This document shows positions 1 to 13,980 of a DNA stretch of 64,000 bases, one piece after another. Source of the DNA: the human T2T-CHM13v2.0 reference genome, Homo sapiens; NCBI RefSeq assembly GCF_009914755.1, contig NC_060925.1. One strand, 5' to 3'. A program made the translations under genes and the position numbers. Under the pieces are notes generated by a model. The model was not told the origin of the DNA. It saw nothing but the letters and a program-made list of their open reading frames with translations, and did no database searches. Positions within the stretch are counted from its first letter, which is position 1, and each line of letters starts with the position of its first letter.

Positions 1-1065
1 GACCGCTCATGGCCCCATTTTAAATGAGCCTTAGCCCCATTCCTAAACTGCCTGGATCAGGTTGCTTCATCTCAGAATTTGAATCTTTATCAAAGAATTC
101 TGGTGTTGTATTTCTAGTTGTAAAAGAATCCCAGGATAGCAAGACACAAGACTTGCCCAAGATAGATACCCAGGCCATCATTCCTATCTAATTCATTTCA
201 ATCATTGGGAAAGCTAAGTTCTTAAACCAAGATATTCAGCCTTCTTTAAGCAGACTCCTTCATTTAATAGTTGAGGTAGCGAAGTATCATTCTTTTGCGG
301 CACAAACTCCAAAGACCAGCAGGAAAAAATGCTGATATCCTTTTATTCTAAGGATATAGAATACAAGTTATTTAGGTGCTCAGCGAGACATATGCATCCA
401 GAAGCATTAGATTGAATGACACAGTCAACACACGGAGGCACATCTCCACTCTCCTCAACATAAGGAAGCATGATTTCTGGTGTTATAGAAGCTGTTTCTT
501 GACACATTATTGCAGGGAAATGCCCCTGAATTGCAGTTACCAAGTGAAAGCCACATCACATAAGCTATCTGACAAATGAGGAGAAAATCAGGTCACAGAG
601 CATTATTGGAGAGAAAAATAACGTCAAAGTACTCAACCATAAAATTATAGCTGAGAATGCTGTCATAAGTCAGCACCTCTAATGGAAACAGCAAGGCTAG
701 CAATTGTTGCTCAGGTACCTGAGAGGCAATGTTCTACAAGAGCGATGGTCACCCAGAACATCAGTGCTCTCTTTCAGTTGGCTGGTCCCCAGCCTCACCT
801 TCTTCTACCCAATTTGGACCACCTGACCCCACCTTTAGCTTCAGGACTGTTACATCATCAGAAACCAAGCCTAGACTCAGCAATGAGGACTTTAAGAAAT
901 TCGTGAGCAATATTTGGATGTGACACTCATTCCAGGCCTGACCTCACTTCATAAGATGCACATTCATAATTGTATCTGGATATTTTTCTTCTGCTCACTC
1001 AAATTTTACAGTCTGGATTTTGAAACCAGATGGGTTTAAGTTTTTTCACTGAGGAAATTGTAATA

Positions 1066-1190
1066 TCTGACTTCTTGCCTATAAAGTGGAGATAAAATAT
1101 TTACTTGCAGAGTTGTTATGAGCATTCACTGAGATGATAAATGTGAATGGGTCTAGCATAGGGTCTAACACATGGTAAGTGCTAAGCTTG
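1066..1190 (+). mobile_element. MIR SINE fragment
   Basis: MIR core/3' motif ctataaagtggagataa...gttgttatgagcatt...cacatggtaagtgct. Confidence 0.7.
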
Positions 1191-1362
1191 CTGCTTTTTA
1201 AAATTCCCATACTACAATTCTTCAGTTTCTTTTTCTGTTTTCAGTCTGATGTCTTACTTGTTGACATTATCAATGGCTCATCTCAAAAATTATAATTCTA
1301 ATTTTTTTTAATTTTACTTCTAAAATTATTTTAGTTTTAATTAAGTATATATTCTTCTAGAT

Positions 1363-1574
1363 GTGCACTCTAATACAGTAGCCACTAGACACATGTGGCT
1401 ATTTAAATATAAATTTTAATTATTTATTTTAAGTAATATTTAAAAATTCAGTTCCTCCATTGTACTAGCCACATTTCAAGTGCCCTGTGGCCATGTGTGG
1501 CCAGTGGCTATTATATTGGATAAAACAAATACAGAATATTGTCATCATGGCAAAAGTTCTGTTTGACAGCTCTG
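1363..1574. mobile_element. MER3/MER33-like hAT-Charlie DNA transposon
   Basis: gtagccactagacacatgtggcta...ctagccacatttcaagtg, internal inverted symmetry typical of MER3. Confidence 0.7.
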
Positions 1575-1669
1575 GAAGAGACAAAATCTAAGGAATTTGC
1601 TAATATACGCTATTACTTTTCTCTGAACATTTAGTTACATTTTCCTTAATGTATCAACAAATGAGACAG

Positions 1670-3641
1670 GAAGTTCTAGCCAGAGCAATCGGCAAGAGAA
1701 AGAAATAAAAGGCATTCAATAGGAAAAGAAAAAGTCAACTATCTCTCTTCATTGATGGTATTATTCTATATCTAGAAAACCCCAAAGATTCTGCCAAAAG
1801 GCTACATGAACTGGTAAATTATTTTAGTACAATTTCAGAGTACAAAATCTATGTAACATATCTATACACCAATAATGTCCAGGTTCAAAGTCAAATCAAA
1901 AACATGATCACATTTACAATAACCACAAAGAAAATGAAATACCTAGGAATACAGCTAACCAAGGAAGTGAAAGATCTCTATAAGGAGAACTACAAAACAC
2001 TGCTGAAAGAAATCAGAGATGATACAAATAAATGGAAAAGCATTCCATGCTCATCAATGTCATTAAAATGGTAATACTGCACAAAACAACACTGGAGAGA
2101 GATTTAGTGATTTAACACTATTCTTATCAAATTACCAATGTCATTCCTGATAGAATTAGAAAAAACTATTCTAAAATCTATATGGAACCAAAAAAAAAAG
2201 CCCCAATAGCCAAAGCAATCCTAAGCAAAATGTACAAAGCCAGAGACATCACACTACTTGACTTCAAACTACACTATAATGATATAATAACCAGAATAGC
2301 ATGGTATTGGTACAAAAACAGACACATAAACCAGTGGAACACAATAGAAAACTTAGAAATAAAGCCATACACTTACAACCATCTGATCTTTAATAAGGCA
2401 AACAAAAACAAGCAATGGGAAAAGTCCTCATTATTCAATAGTGATGAAATAACTGGCTAGTCATATGTAGAAGAATGAAACTGGACATTTAACTTTTACT
2501 ATATACAAAAATTAACTACAGATGGTTAAAGTTTTAAGTGTAAGACACCAAACTATAAAAATCCTAGAAGAAAACCTAGGAAATACCCTTCTGAACATCA
2601 GTCTTGGCAAATAATTTTTGGCTAAGTTACCAAAAGCAATAGCAATAAAAACAAAAATTGACAAGTGGAATCCAATTAAACTTAAGAGATTCTGAACAGC
2701 AAAATAAACTATCAATAGAGTAAACAGACAACCTACAGAATGGGAGAAAATATTTGCAAACTATGCATCTAACAACAGTCTAAGATCCAGAATCTATAGG
2801 AACTTAAACAAAAAACAAATAACCCCATTTTTCAAAAATGAGTGAAGGACATGAACAGACACTACTCAAAAGAAGATATACAAGTGGCCAACAAACGTAT
2901 GAAAAAATGCTCATTCTCACTAATCGCCAGAGAAGTGTAAATCAAAACCACAATGAGCTACCATCTCATACCAGTCGAAATGTCTATTATCAAGAAGTCA
3001 AAAAACAACAGATGCTAGTGAGCTTGTAGAGAAAAGGGAATGTTTATACCATTGGTGGGATTGTAAATTAGTTCAGCCATTGTGGAAAGCAGTTTAGAGA
3101 TTTCTCAAAGAACTTAAAACAGAGCTACCATTCGACCCAGCAATCTCATTACTGAGATATACCCAAAGGAAAATAGATCATTATGCCAAAAAGACACATG
3201 CACTCTTATGTTCATCAATGCACTATTTATAATAGCAAAGACATAGAATCAACCTAGGTGTCCAACAATGGTGGATTGGATAAAGAAAATGTGGTACATG
3301 TACACCATGGAATATTATGCAGCCATAAAAAGGAATGAAATCATTTCCTCTGCAGCACCATGGATGGAGCTAAAGGCCATAATCCTAAGCGAACTAATGC
3401 AGGAACGGAAAACCAAATACTACATGTTCTCACGTACAAGTGGGAGCTAAACATTGAGCACACATGAACATAAACATGGGAATAACAAACACTATAGACT
3501 ACTAAAGAGGGGAGAGACAGAGGGAGGCATGGGTTGAAAAACTACCTATTGGGTACTATGCTCACTACTTGAGTGCAATAAACCAACATAACAAACCTGC
3601 ACATGTACCCCCTGTATCTAAAATAAAAGTTGAATTTTTTA
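1670..3641 (+). mobile_element. 5'-truncated LINE-1 (old L1PA15-17/L1PB-like): degraded ORF2 3' half plus 3'UTR
   Basis: ORF2-like peptides ([14 protein letters not shown]; DWIKKMWYMYTMEYYAAIK), 3'UTR ending aacctgcacatgtaccccctgtatctaaaataaaag, 11-bp TSD AAATGAGACAG at 1659-1669 and 3642-3652. Confidence 0.93.
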
Positions 3642-4255
3642 AAATGAGACAGATGGTCCAGAGGCCATCTGCTTCTACAACTCACGTTTTTAAACTAAAA
3701 ATTGTTCATACTTCCTGTGGTCATATGAATAATAAAATTTTCAGTTTTCAGTCTTCTATTCTCAGTTTAGGAAACCAGTGTATAAGAGGAATTAACCTGG
3801 GACTTAACCGACCTTTAGAAATGTAAATCACATTCAATATCCTTGGAAGATTTTCAAATATTTCCCGTCAAAAATTTAAGAGTGAACTAAATCTTCCCAA
3901 AGATTGGGTCTCAGAATAGTGCCAATGTCTGATACTTTAGGTCCAATTTAATAGAATCCATATTGACTCAGAATAAATCTCTCTTTGTTCCAAACTATTT
4001 AAATTATATGATTCTTTGATACTTTGAAGTGCAGCAGAGTAGACAAAGCACTCACAGGTTTCCCAACTTTTACTGCTGGTATCTTTCTGTTGTACCTCCA
4101 AAAGGTCATGTACTGACCTTCAAAAAATCTTTCCCTTTTACTTATCTGGGAACCCTTTCTCCAGAGCAGTCGCCAGCTTAGAGTGCAAATCTACCCCATT
4201 TAATGGAGAAGATGGTGTGGCATGAAATATAATATTTGCCATTATTCACTATTAG

Positions 4256-4370
4256 TTCATTCAATCAGCAAATATTATTGAGTACCTGATATATACCAGA
4301 CCCTTGGCTAAATACTGGGGATATGGCGATAAACAAAATAAACATGACCCTTCTTCTATGGTGCTTAGGG
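4256..4370 (-). mobile_element. L2 3' end fragment
   Basis: ttcattcaatcagcaaatattattgagtacct... is the reverse complement of the L2 tail. Confidence 0.7.
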
Positions 4371-6554
4371 ATTAATATAATAGCTCAGTTGGACTTAGAT
4401 GAATAAAATTATATGACATTTTAAGTTGTTTTATTTTCTTACCTTCAGACTAACTGATTTGTTCTTCTGTAGCCATGTTCAGAGGAAGGAACACTGTTCT
4501 ACAAGCATCTTCATATTCAAGCTGAAATTACATTCTCCAAAGCCACCCAATCCTGGTCTTACTTATCTAGACACAAATTTGGGCTAAGTCAGCAAGATGG
4601 CAAATATCTCATAAACTATCAGTAATTAATTGGTATAGGTATCTGAATTATTCTGAGAAGCTGTACTGAGAAGGACACTGAGGCTACATTTAGTGAGACT
4701 GGAGAAAATATTGTGGTCTATTAGCAATATCTTTCCATGAGCTCAATAAATTAGAGTATGACAAATATGCTCAGTTATTTGCATTACCTGGGGGAAAACT
4801 CGGAGGTGACGTGGAGAGGTGTAATTCCAGATTAGGAAAGCAGGCAAGGGCCAAGACATAGAAACATGGAAAAGTATGACTTGTTCCCCAAAAGGCAAGT
4901 GGTCCAGGTGAATGGAATGCAGGATGGGTAGAGATATGAGAAAAGGGCCAGCGAGGATGTGTGGGCCCAGACTATGGATGACCTTGAATGCCCGGCATCA
5001 AGTTTAGATGATTTGTCTGTGAAATTCTCATGTGGTTACCAATCTTTGGTGATTCCCAATCTGAATCAAAGTCACATTCTTTCTGCTATTGGTTTTTCTA
5101 TAATAAAAAGCTCTCTTTCTCCTCTAAACTTCCTTCTAACCAAGGCATCTGTTCACACATAAATTATCTCATTATCGTTAAAGTTAACATTCTTAAAATT
5201 CAACTCTAAATTGGATGGGCTCTATATTTACAGAGAACTAAATTTCAGAATAACCAATAAAACAAGGTGAGTTATGTAATTAGATTGCTGACATAAAGTC
5301 CTACCCAAGCTGTTTATGAGAACTATGTTAAGATAGATACATATAGCTCAGCATGTGTTTTTCTTACTCAAAGTAAAGATGAATATATATTTAGTGCACA
5401 AAGGATAGAATAATAAAACTATACTAAAAAATCCTGTTCTTTCCAAATGTTTAATTTCTAGTTTCTATGACATAAATGCCTAAATATTCCCTGAATGATT
5501 ATGCAAAAATAAAATAAAATCTCTTTTTTCCCCCACCAACGTATCTATGTATATGTGTGTGTACATGTGTGTATGTGTGTGTAGGCTAAAGATAAGACAG
5601 TAGAAACTAGCTATGAAATTACCAGTGAACAATTTACTGCAACATCTAACATAGCATTCTTATAACTAAAATTACTTAATGTACTAAAGAGTTAAGTTAT
5701 ATAATGCCTACAATTTATATAGTGGAGGTCTCTTCATCTTTTAAAAGGTATACACTGTATGAAGAGGATAATAGTACTTATAGATTTCAAATTGAAAGGC
5801 AAATGAAAAAAGAGACTCATGGAAAAAATAATGGCTCAAATGTATTCTGTCAAAGAATAGTCTCAGGATAGAGAATGCAGTCCAAAGAACTGAATATTTG
5901 TCTATCTCTGCCCCCTTGTGGTGGTATGTGCCTCTCAGGTAAGATAAGCAAATTTTTGCAGAAGGAAATCAAACACTTCAGGTTTGAAAACAGACATAAG
6001 AAAGAGTAAAAATAGAAGTAAATTATTACATTTAACACAGAACAGAATAATTTTACTTCCATCAGTATGTGTATACTTAATAAAATATCTGTGGTTAAAT
6101 TTTAGGAGCTACTGGACCAGAATAGTTATAAATGTGAAATGCTAAATTAGCCTGAGACAGAAACAAACAGCAAAATTATGGTTAATTTTTATTTTAGATC
6201 TTCAAAGTGTTGTAGTGGTAATTATATAGAGATATGTTTTACCCAGAAACTGTGTAGGATTATATGACATATGTTATTCAACCACAATGATGAATGTGTA
6301 TTGAAGACCTTCTATATGATGGGCACTTGATTAGATCTCAGGGAAAAAAAAGTCAGTACAGTCCTTGACCTCATGGATTCTATGCTTTATGAGGAAAAGA
6401 AGACAAGCTACAGATAATCACAATAAAAAATTACAATCTCAAGGTAATGTGTGAAGGAAGAGAATATGGTTCTCTTATATATATTTATTATTCTATTAAT
6501 AATATTAAATATTAATATATTTATTTATTAGAGCTAATAAAAGAAATAGATCTA

Positions 6555-6680
6555 GTGTGGGAGGCTAAAATGAAGGAAAGAGTGAGAGAGGCTGTGAATA
6601 TATGGGAATTGTCTGTAGTTTCTGCTCAATTATGCTGTGAACCTAAAGCTGCTCTAAAAAATAAAGTCTATTTTTAATCA
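6555..6680 (+). mobile_element. Old L1M (L1MD/L1ME-type) 3' end fragment within L2 remnants
   Basis: tatgggaattgtctgtagtttctgctcaattatgctgtgaacctaaagctgctctaaaaaataaagtctattttt. Confidence 0.6.
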
Positions 6681-7059
6681 AGGAAGAAAAGCAAGAGGGA
6701 AAAAGAGGCACAGCGTGCTGGGATAGGCAGGAGGAGGGGTGCACTAGAAGGTATACAAACAAAGCTCTGGGCAAAACAGTGGCAGAGCACATTCCAGGGC
6801 CTTACAGTCAGTGCCTGGAGCCCAGAGAGGGAGAAAGGTGTCCCAGGAGCATGGAAAGGTGTTCAGAAGCCAAAGCTTGCACAACCATCTAGGTCATATA
6901 ATGAATTTAGGTCTTTAGGAGTAATAGGGAACTACTGAAAGCTTTCAAAGAGTCGGGCAATATAGTCTGTATTTTAGAAATATATTTTAAATATTTTTAA
7001 ATAAAATCTTAAATGAGGATAAGAGAACACCAAATAATATACGACTTTAATTAAATGTC

Positions 7060-7429
7060 TGATATGGTTTGGCTCTGTGTCCCCACTCAAATTTCATCTT
7101 GTAGTTCCCATGATTCCCACGTGTTGTGGGAGGTACCCAGTGGGAGATAATTGAATCACAGGAGTGTGTGTTTCCTGTGCTGTTCTCGTGATAGTGACTA
7201 GGTCTCACGAGATCTGATGGTTTTAAAAATGGGAGTCTTTCCACACAAGCTCTCTCTCTTTGCCTGTTGCCATCCATGTAAGATGTGACTTGCTCCTCAT
7301 TCCCTTCTGCCATGATTGTGAGGCTTCCCCAACACGTGGAACTGTGAGTTCTCTATTAAACCTCTTTCCTTTGTAAATTGCCCAGTCTTCAGTATGTCTT
7401 TATCAGCAGCATGAAAACAGACTAATACA
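7060..7429 (+). mobile_element. THE1 (THE1A-like) MaLR solo LTR
   Basis: TGATATGGTTTGGCTCTGTGTCCCCAC...GACTAATACA termini, 370 bp, near-perfect 5-bp TSD ATGTC/ATGTT. Confidence 0.9.
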
Positions 7430-7692
7430 ATGTTGGTTCATACATGTAGTGAATGCTTACTAGGTGACAACCTTTGTTCTAAGCTTTGCAGTTTAAAAAT
7501 GTAATGTTCCCAATTCCATAATGTAGACAATAGACTATTATAGGAGTTTCAACAAAACTTGGACTAGAACCAGGGTAATGGAAATGAATGGACATTTGAA
7601 AAACGTCTAGAATAACCAGTGACGGGTTGATTCCTTGTTTCTGGCTTATGCTACTGGATGGATGGTGGCCATATCCTAAATAGAGAATTCTA

Positions 7693-7959
7693 TGGCTCAC
7701 GCCTGTAATCCCAGAACTTTGGGATGCCAAGATGGGTGGATCATTTGAGGTCAGGAGTTTGAGACCAGCCTGGCCAATATGGTGAAACCCCATATCTACT
7801 AAAAATAGAAAAATTAGCTGGGCGTGGTGGCAGGTGCCTGTACTCCCAGCTACTTGGAGGCTGAGGCAGGAGAATCTCTTGAACCCAGAGGTAGAGGTTG
7901 CAATGAACTGAGATCATACCAATGCACTCCAGCCTGGGCAATAGAGCGTGACTCTGTCT

Positions 7960-7996
<37 letters not shown>
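7693..7996 (+). mobile_element. Alu (AluS-like), slightly 5'-truncated, ~36-nt pure A tail
   Basis: ggctcacgcctgtaatcccag, dimeric structure, poly(A) 7961-7996, degenerate TSD agaattcta/agaatgcta. Confidence 0.95.
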
Positions 7997-7998
<2 letters not shown>

Positions 7999-9419
7999 AT
8001 GCTAAAAGGAACTAAAGTTTGGAGAGTTCAGATAGCAGGGACCAGAAGAGAAGAATATACCTACATTCAGTCTTGGAAACACTGAATTTGAAGAATTTCT
8101 GAGACACCTAAAAGCAGGTATGGGCCAGGTCGAGGAGAGAAGAAAACGTCAAGTCAGAGCAGCTTAAGAAACCTTGGTTAAAAAAGAATAAATGGCTATC
8201 ACTTAAGAAGACAGCTGATCATCTCAGGGGGAAGAGAAACTTCAATTTCACAGAAGAAATTATGGAAACTGGAGAAGTTGGAAGTTTGGGAAATTTGCTG
8301 GTGGCAAATAAGCAGCGAAAAATCACTAAAAATCAGTTCACCACATGGCTTATTTCCTGAAAACCAACCCATCAAACATAGTGACTTAATAAAAATAATC
8401 TTATAAATTTTAAGAGAAATATTTTGATTTGATGACTGAATATAAAACAGTACATATGTCATAAGTAAAATTTTAAGTTTCATGTAGAAATTACTCATTT
8501 ATACTGATTTTTATTCCTTTTAAAATTTCATTTTTTATTGAGCCAACCTTTTAGCATTCATCTGTTTTCATTTACAGTATTTTTAATCTATTTATGTTTT
8601 ATCCATTTTTTTTGTATCTTTTTCATTTGGTCCATTGTGGTCTTTTTTTTCTTTTTTTATGTGCTTTCATAGAGAATCATTTGCAAATTACTGCCAACCA
8701 AGTCAAGAGACCTTAATTGTTCCTTGATAAAAATCACATTTTTAGTTTCATGTGAGATGTGATGGTTTAAACTAATTCTGATTCTTTTGAATGAATTTAA
8801 ATTTTAATTCTAAATTTTATTTAATTAAAATTTTTCTTTCATTAAACTTCAATTTAAAATTCTGATTTATTTTAGTGCCTGTGAATTTAAATTTAAAGTT
8901 CAATCTCCTAATTAAAGTTTAATTTCATCTTAAACTATAAATGCTAGAGATATAAAAGGAAAGCTGGTATGCCATTTGAGGAAGTTGCAGAAGAATAAGG
9001 AAAATGCATAAAGTTTACCAAAATAGGAAACGACATTCAGAGATAACTGAAACCATATCTGAGGTAGACAAGAAGTCTCATTACATGTAAAATAACCCCC
9101 TCAAAAAAAAAAAAACTGAAAAACAGCTTTTCCTTTGAGAAATTTTAAAAATAAATACTGATTCTTTAGCATTTACAGATTTTTTTGGCCAGGTTCTCAG
9201 GTTGGGTTTAACCTTAAAAAGTTAATATCCAGAAAATCATATTTCATCATTGGGTACCAAATTTAAACATCCTAATCACTTTATTACAACTATTTGGGAT
9301 GAATTGATAAATCTGGTAAATTTGGTGAATCTGTTCATTTGGCAAATGACCATTCAGTGAACTGGTCCTTTAGCAGATATATTTTTAAATTAGGAAGGAT
9401 CCAATTCACTGTCATAAAA

Positions 9420-10625
9420 ACCAGCTTTCCTTTCTCAAGGCTCTCACAGTCTAGAAGGGGAGATGAATAGGCAAAGGCTTAGAAACTTTTTATAAATATT
9501 TAGAAAGGAGCCAAGTGCAGAGCTCTATAGTAGCATAGGAGGGAGGGTAGGTGAGCAGCCAGCTTGACCTCAGGAAACACTTCCCAAGATTCACACTGGT
9601 AATGATAATATAGTTATTATTGAAAGAGTTTTCCAACCCATAAAGGAAGAAAAAGACATCATTTCTCAAAGCATGAAAGGGCATGCTATTTTCTGAGAAT
9701 GGCAAATAATGTTGCATCAGCTTCTGATGCACAGAAGGCATGAATAATGGCAATTGGTAGTAAATGATGATTGAAAAAAAAAGCCTATCACATGCATTTA
9801 GGAAGTATATTTAGGAAATAAAATTTTACATTAATTAACAAGACTTAGAACTTGATTGCATTTAGGGGATGAATGAAAAAGCAGATCCCAAGATGATGTG
9901 TAATTTCTAATTTGGACAAATAGACAAATTCCTGAGACAGAGGAGCTCAGAGGGACAAATGTTAGAAGGAAAGATTTTAGAGGGAGAGATTATAAGTACA
10001 ATTTTAGATATGTTACATTTGAGGTGCTTATGTGGGATCTAAATTTAGGATCTCAACTTGAAATTGATGAAATGAATATGGAATTCAAAAGACATGTGTA
10101 GATGAGATTTTTTTAAAAACTAGGAATTAGTAGCATATATAGCAATTGAAACTGTAGGAGTAAATGATATTATAAGCAGAATATTTAATGTAAAAAAAAA
10201 AAGAAAATTTTAGGGACAGAACCCTGAAGGACACTAGCATTCAAGGACCTGTCAGAAGAAAGAGTCCCCAAAGTTAGACGGAGAAAGAGTGGCTAGAAAA
10301 GTAGTGTGGTATGTAACAAACTCTCCTCTAGTGTTTTGGGGAAGAGAGAGTGGTACAGAACTAAATATTTCAGAAAGGTTGAATGATAATCCAAACCAGG
10401 AAGCCTCCACTGGATGTGTTACTAGAAAATAGAGGCATTTCATTGGAGTGGTGAGAGCAGAGGGCTTAAAGAGTGAAGGTGAGGAAGTTGAGACAGAAAA
10501 TGAAGATAATGAAGAAGGAAGCCAAGTTTCATGGAATGGTTTTTCTCAAGATTGTAGGGATATGTGCACATTTAAATGCAGATAAAAAGTGAAAAGAGAA
10601 TGAGAGAGTTTGAAGATATTCTTGC
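9420..10625 (-). mobile_element. L2 LINE fragments
   Basis: Purine-rich L2 antisense motifs (ctcacagtctagaagggg, ttttagatatgttacatttgaggtgc, gaaccctgaaggacactagcattcaagg). Confidence 0.6.
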
Positions 10626-10629
10626 GTTT

Positions 10630-10786
10630 TGAGCAAACTGCTTAATTTTTCTCCTCCCAATTCTTTAATCTGAAATATGGGGATATAAAACAATGCCTAC
10701 ATCATGAGATCTAATTGTATAATCCATGCAGGGCTTTGCATATTACCTGGTATATGCTAATCACTTAATAAATACTGGCTAATATT
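10630..10786 (+). mobile_element. MIR fragment
   Basis: tctgaaatatggggatataa...cctggtatatgctaatcacttaataaat. Confidence 0.6.
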
Positions 10787-11134
10787 AAATAGCAGAAAGA
10801 ATAGTATTGGAACAGGAGTAAGGGAAGAGAATGTGGATTTGGATCCATGTCTGTGTATAGATTCAGCATTGGGAGATGTACAGAGTTTCAATCTCATAAC
10901 CACTATCTCTGTGTCAAGAAAGAGGGGTAGTGGATGCAGAAGTTTCTGAAGGGAATTAAAAGGATTGTATTTGTCATATCTATATGAAGAAGGAAGGAAG
11001 GGAATAGACTAAAATTTATCATATCTTTTATGAGTCATGCATTAAAATAAGTGCTTTGTTTATATTATCTCATTTAGTTCTCAAAGTAAAGTAGTTATTA
11101 TTTCCATTTCACAGGTACACAAGCTGAGGTTTCT

Positions 11135-11495
11135 GTATCAAAGTATTCTGTGGTAACAATGGACTCAAACAATGACTCAACATGGAATAAGTTTATTTCT
11201 TGCTCTCCAAACAGTCTAGGAGAGTAACAGGGCTCTTTCTACATAGTCACTGAAGAACTCAAGTCGATAAAATGCTCTGCCACTTTCAACAATATGGCTT
11301 CCAAGCTTGGCACAGTCTTCTCCAGCCAAGTGGAAACTAGGAAGGGTTTTTTTTTTTTTTTTTAATCTTCGTTGTTGTATTTGGCTTATTTGTTTGTTCA
11401 TTGGCCAGAAAAATGATATGGGCCAGACATGGAAGAAATACCCATAAGTTCTGTTCATATTCTCTGACTAGAAATTAGCCACATGCTACAGGTAA
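11135..11495 (-). mobile_element. Old MaLR LTR (MLT1K/L-like) fragment
   Basis: aagtttatttcttgctc, cacatagtcact-like and ctagaaattagccacatg motifs of old MLT1 LTRs. Confidence 0.45.
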
Positions 11496-12404
11496 CGGTC
11501 TCTGCCAGTGTGTTTATTTGTTTGAGGAAGCTTGAGAGCAGGGAAGAAGATTAGGAGTTTATTTTAGAAACATTGCATTAAAGTTTATATGTTCAAGTGA
11601 AATATTACCTATAGAGGTACAGCTTAAGAGAGAACCTCAATGGCGTTTTGAGGAGAACCCTGAGGTGTAAAGCAAATAAGACCATCCAGCACTGAAATAA
11701 GTAAGGTTGTCAAAAAAGATATTATAGTAGCCATAGAATTGCAACATTTCCACAGACAGCACTAAGAGAATCCCTACCTACTACTTAAAATTTAGTAAGG
11801 ATAAAATGGGAAAATAGGCCCCAAAATTGTTAAGCAAATACACTAAATTACCCTTCCAAAAACTACAGTAAAGAAAGAAGAAGTAAGAATGGGTAATAAT
11901 TGATAATACTGTGTGGTTTTCTTCAATCTTCTTTTATTTTCTATCAGTAAAAGCATTTGCTATGCAACTAAATGACATGTAGTAAATGAGACAATATTGC
12001 TCAAACTTATGTGGGCTATTTAGTAACCAAAAAAAAATTATTGATGCTGCTGGCAACAAGTTGATAATCTATACTTACTTTTTCTATTGTGTGTGAATCA
12101 TTTTTCTAATACATGTTCATGCCATATCTCTGTTAACTCTGTAAGCAAAAATGTAAAGCAAGTTAACAAACATTCCAACAACCAAACCCGTAGCCTTAAT
12201 GGGAATAATGCACAACCCAACAAAATCATAACAATTCTTGTAGAACAAACTCCTCCATGAATATCAGATATAGTAAAAAGAGCAAAAGATCTAGATTCTT
12301 GCTCTAGCCATGTAAACATCTGAATAATTTGAGTAAAGTCACTTTTCTTTGAAGGGCTTCCGTTCTTCTATCAGTAAAATGACTCAAGTTGAAACTAGAT
12401 TAGA

Positions 12405-13275
12405 TTGAATTTACCAAACATTTATTGAACATCTATTGTTAAACCCTGTGCCAAGTACTGGGGGTATAGAGATATTTATGATACAATCCCTGTGTTAAGC
12501 TTTTCAACAAAAGTTATTTCTTTCCTGGGCATATGGATAACTAAACTTTCACTCTTACTGTCAAAAGATAAAACCCTATTATTAGTTCTGCTCAATGAAA
12601 TGTGAATAGCATATGTCTGTGTAGTCCACACTGAGCCAGTAGAAGCCCCTACTCACTTTCTACTCCTTCTGCCATGGAAATATAAGAACAGTCCTTGTAT
12701 TGAGAAGGTAGAGCCTCAAGTTTGAGGTTGCCTAGATCCCTGAGTCACTGAACAGACGAACACACAGCTGTCCTTGAGAGTTGCCCAGATCTGCGACAGA
12801 TTCTTGCATGAGTGAGATGTAAACTTTTTTTCTGATAACTAGCATTAACTGCAATAGAGCCTATCACATCTTGACAAAAGAGGCTAGTTAGGAGGCAGAC
12901 ATATGCAAGGTGGTATGCATTTCACTAAGGGAAAAATAAAGTGCATTTAGCAGAGAAAATGAAAAGTAATCCATTATTTCTAAAGATGTCGGGGAAGGTA
13001 TCATAAATTTAGAATGAGTGTGGCAGTTTAACGAAGCAACTGGAATATAACATTGAGACACAAGAAAGACAGTCAAGGATGGAACCTTGGGGTACACTAA
13101 CATCTAAGATTTAGATAAAGGCAAGTTAATAAAGAAAACTGAAAAGAGAAGACAAAGGAGCAGAAAGAAATGGTATTCTGGAAACCCAGAAAGGAAAACA
13201 TTCCAAGAGGAGTCAGAAATTGTCTGTAATGTCAATTGTTGGGAAGTCATGATCTGAAAAGAGACCATTGGATTC
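12405..13275 (-). mobile_element. L2 fragments interrupted by an old MLT1J-like LTR (~12520-12860)
   Basis: caaacatttattgaacatctat L2 tail; ctagatccctgagtcact and catgagtgagatgtaaac MLT1J-like motifs. Confidence 0.5.
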
Positions 13276-13784
13276 AAAATTATGAAAACTTTAAAGATGA
13301 TATGCAGACTCTAGTGAATGGGAGACAAAAAGGTGGCAAAATATGCTTATAGTAAACACACAATAGCATTTACCAAAGTGTGTTTTGGAAAACATTTACT
13401 GCACAAAATTCTCCCCAAAAAGATGGAGGGAGTTGACTGCCGAATACATTTGAGACATGCTGCTGCATACTATATACCTATGAGGGATTTTAAAAATCTA
13501 TTTGTGATTTCTCACCTTGGGAGATAAGGAAAGGAAAAACAAAAAGTATTATTTGCTTACAAACTCACAATGTCAAGTCAAGAAAACAAAGTAACCTCCT
13601 GGGACTTCTCCACAAGTGTTGACCAATAAAGTTTAGTTTCTAGTAGCACTAAATTTTGTTTCACTAAGAAAAACAAAAGCCCTTGAATGTGGACAAATTA
13701 GGCTAAATTTTTTAATTAGGTATGTCTTGAAAATAAAAGAATCCATAAAGTATGTTTTCCCTTCTCACAAAGCACATTTGTGGT

Positions 13785-13980
13785 TTGCTAGCCTGAGCGC
13801 AATTACAAGCTTCGGCCGATTTTTGCAACTTTCCTTTTCTCTAATTTGTAAAATGGAGATAAGAATAACACAGATTTCAAAGAGTTGTTTTGAAGAGTCA
13901 GTGAGAGAAAACATGAAAGCACTTAGAATATTGCCTGACATATAGGGAATGCTCAATAAATATGAACTATGACCATTATT
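13785..13980 (+). mobile_element. MIR
   Basis: ttgtaaaatggagataagaata...gcacttagaatattgcctgacatatagggaatgctcaataaat. Confidence 0.8.

Noticed and set aside
729-923. Short ORF ending ...PRLSNEDFKKF, resembling the SNxDFxK LSm-binding tail of SART3/Prp24
   Set aside because: No upstream similarity, no pseudogene hallmarks; a short motif match expected by chance.
9290-9375. Degenerate ~15-bp periodic motif (ggtgaat/ggcaaat/agtgaac)
   Set aside because: Too short and diverged to assign; possibly an ancient DNA-transposon remnant.
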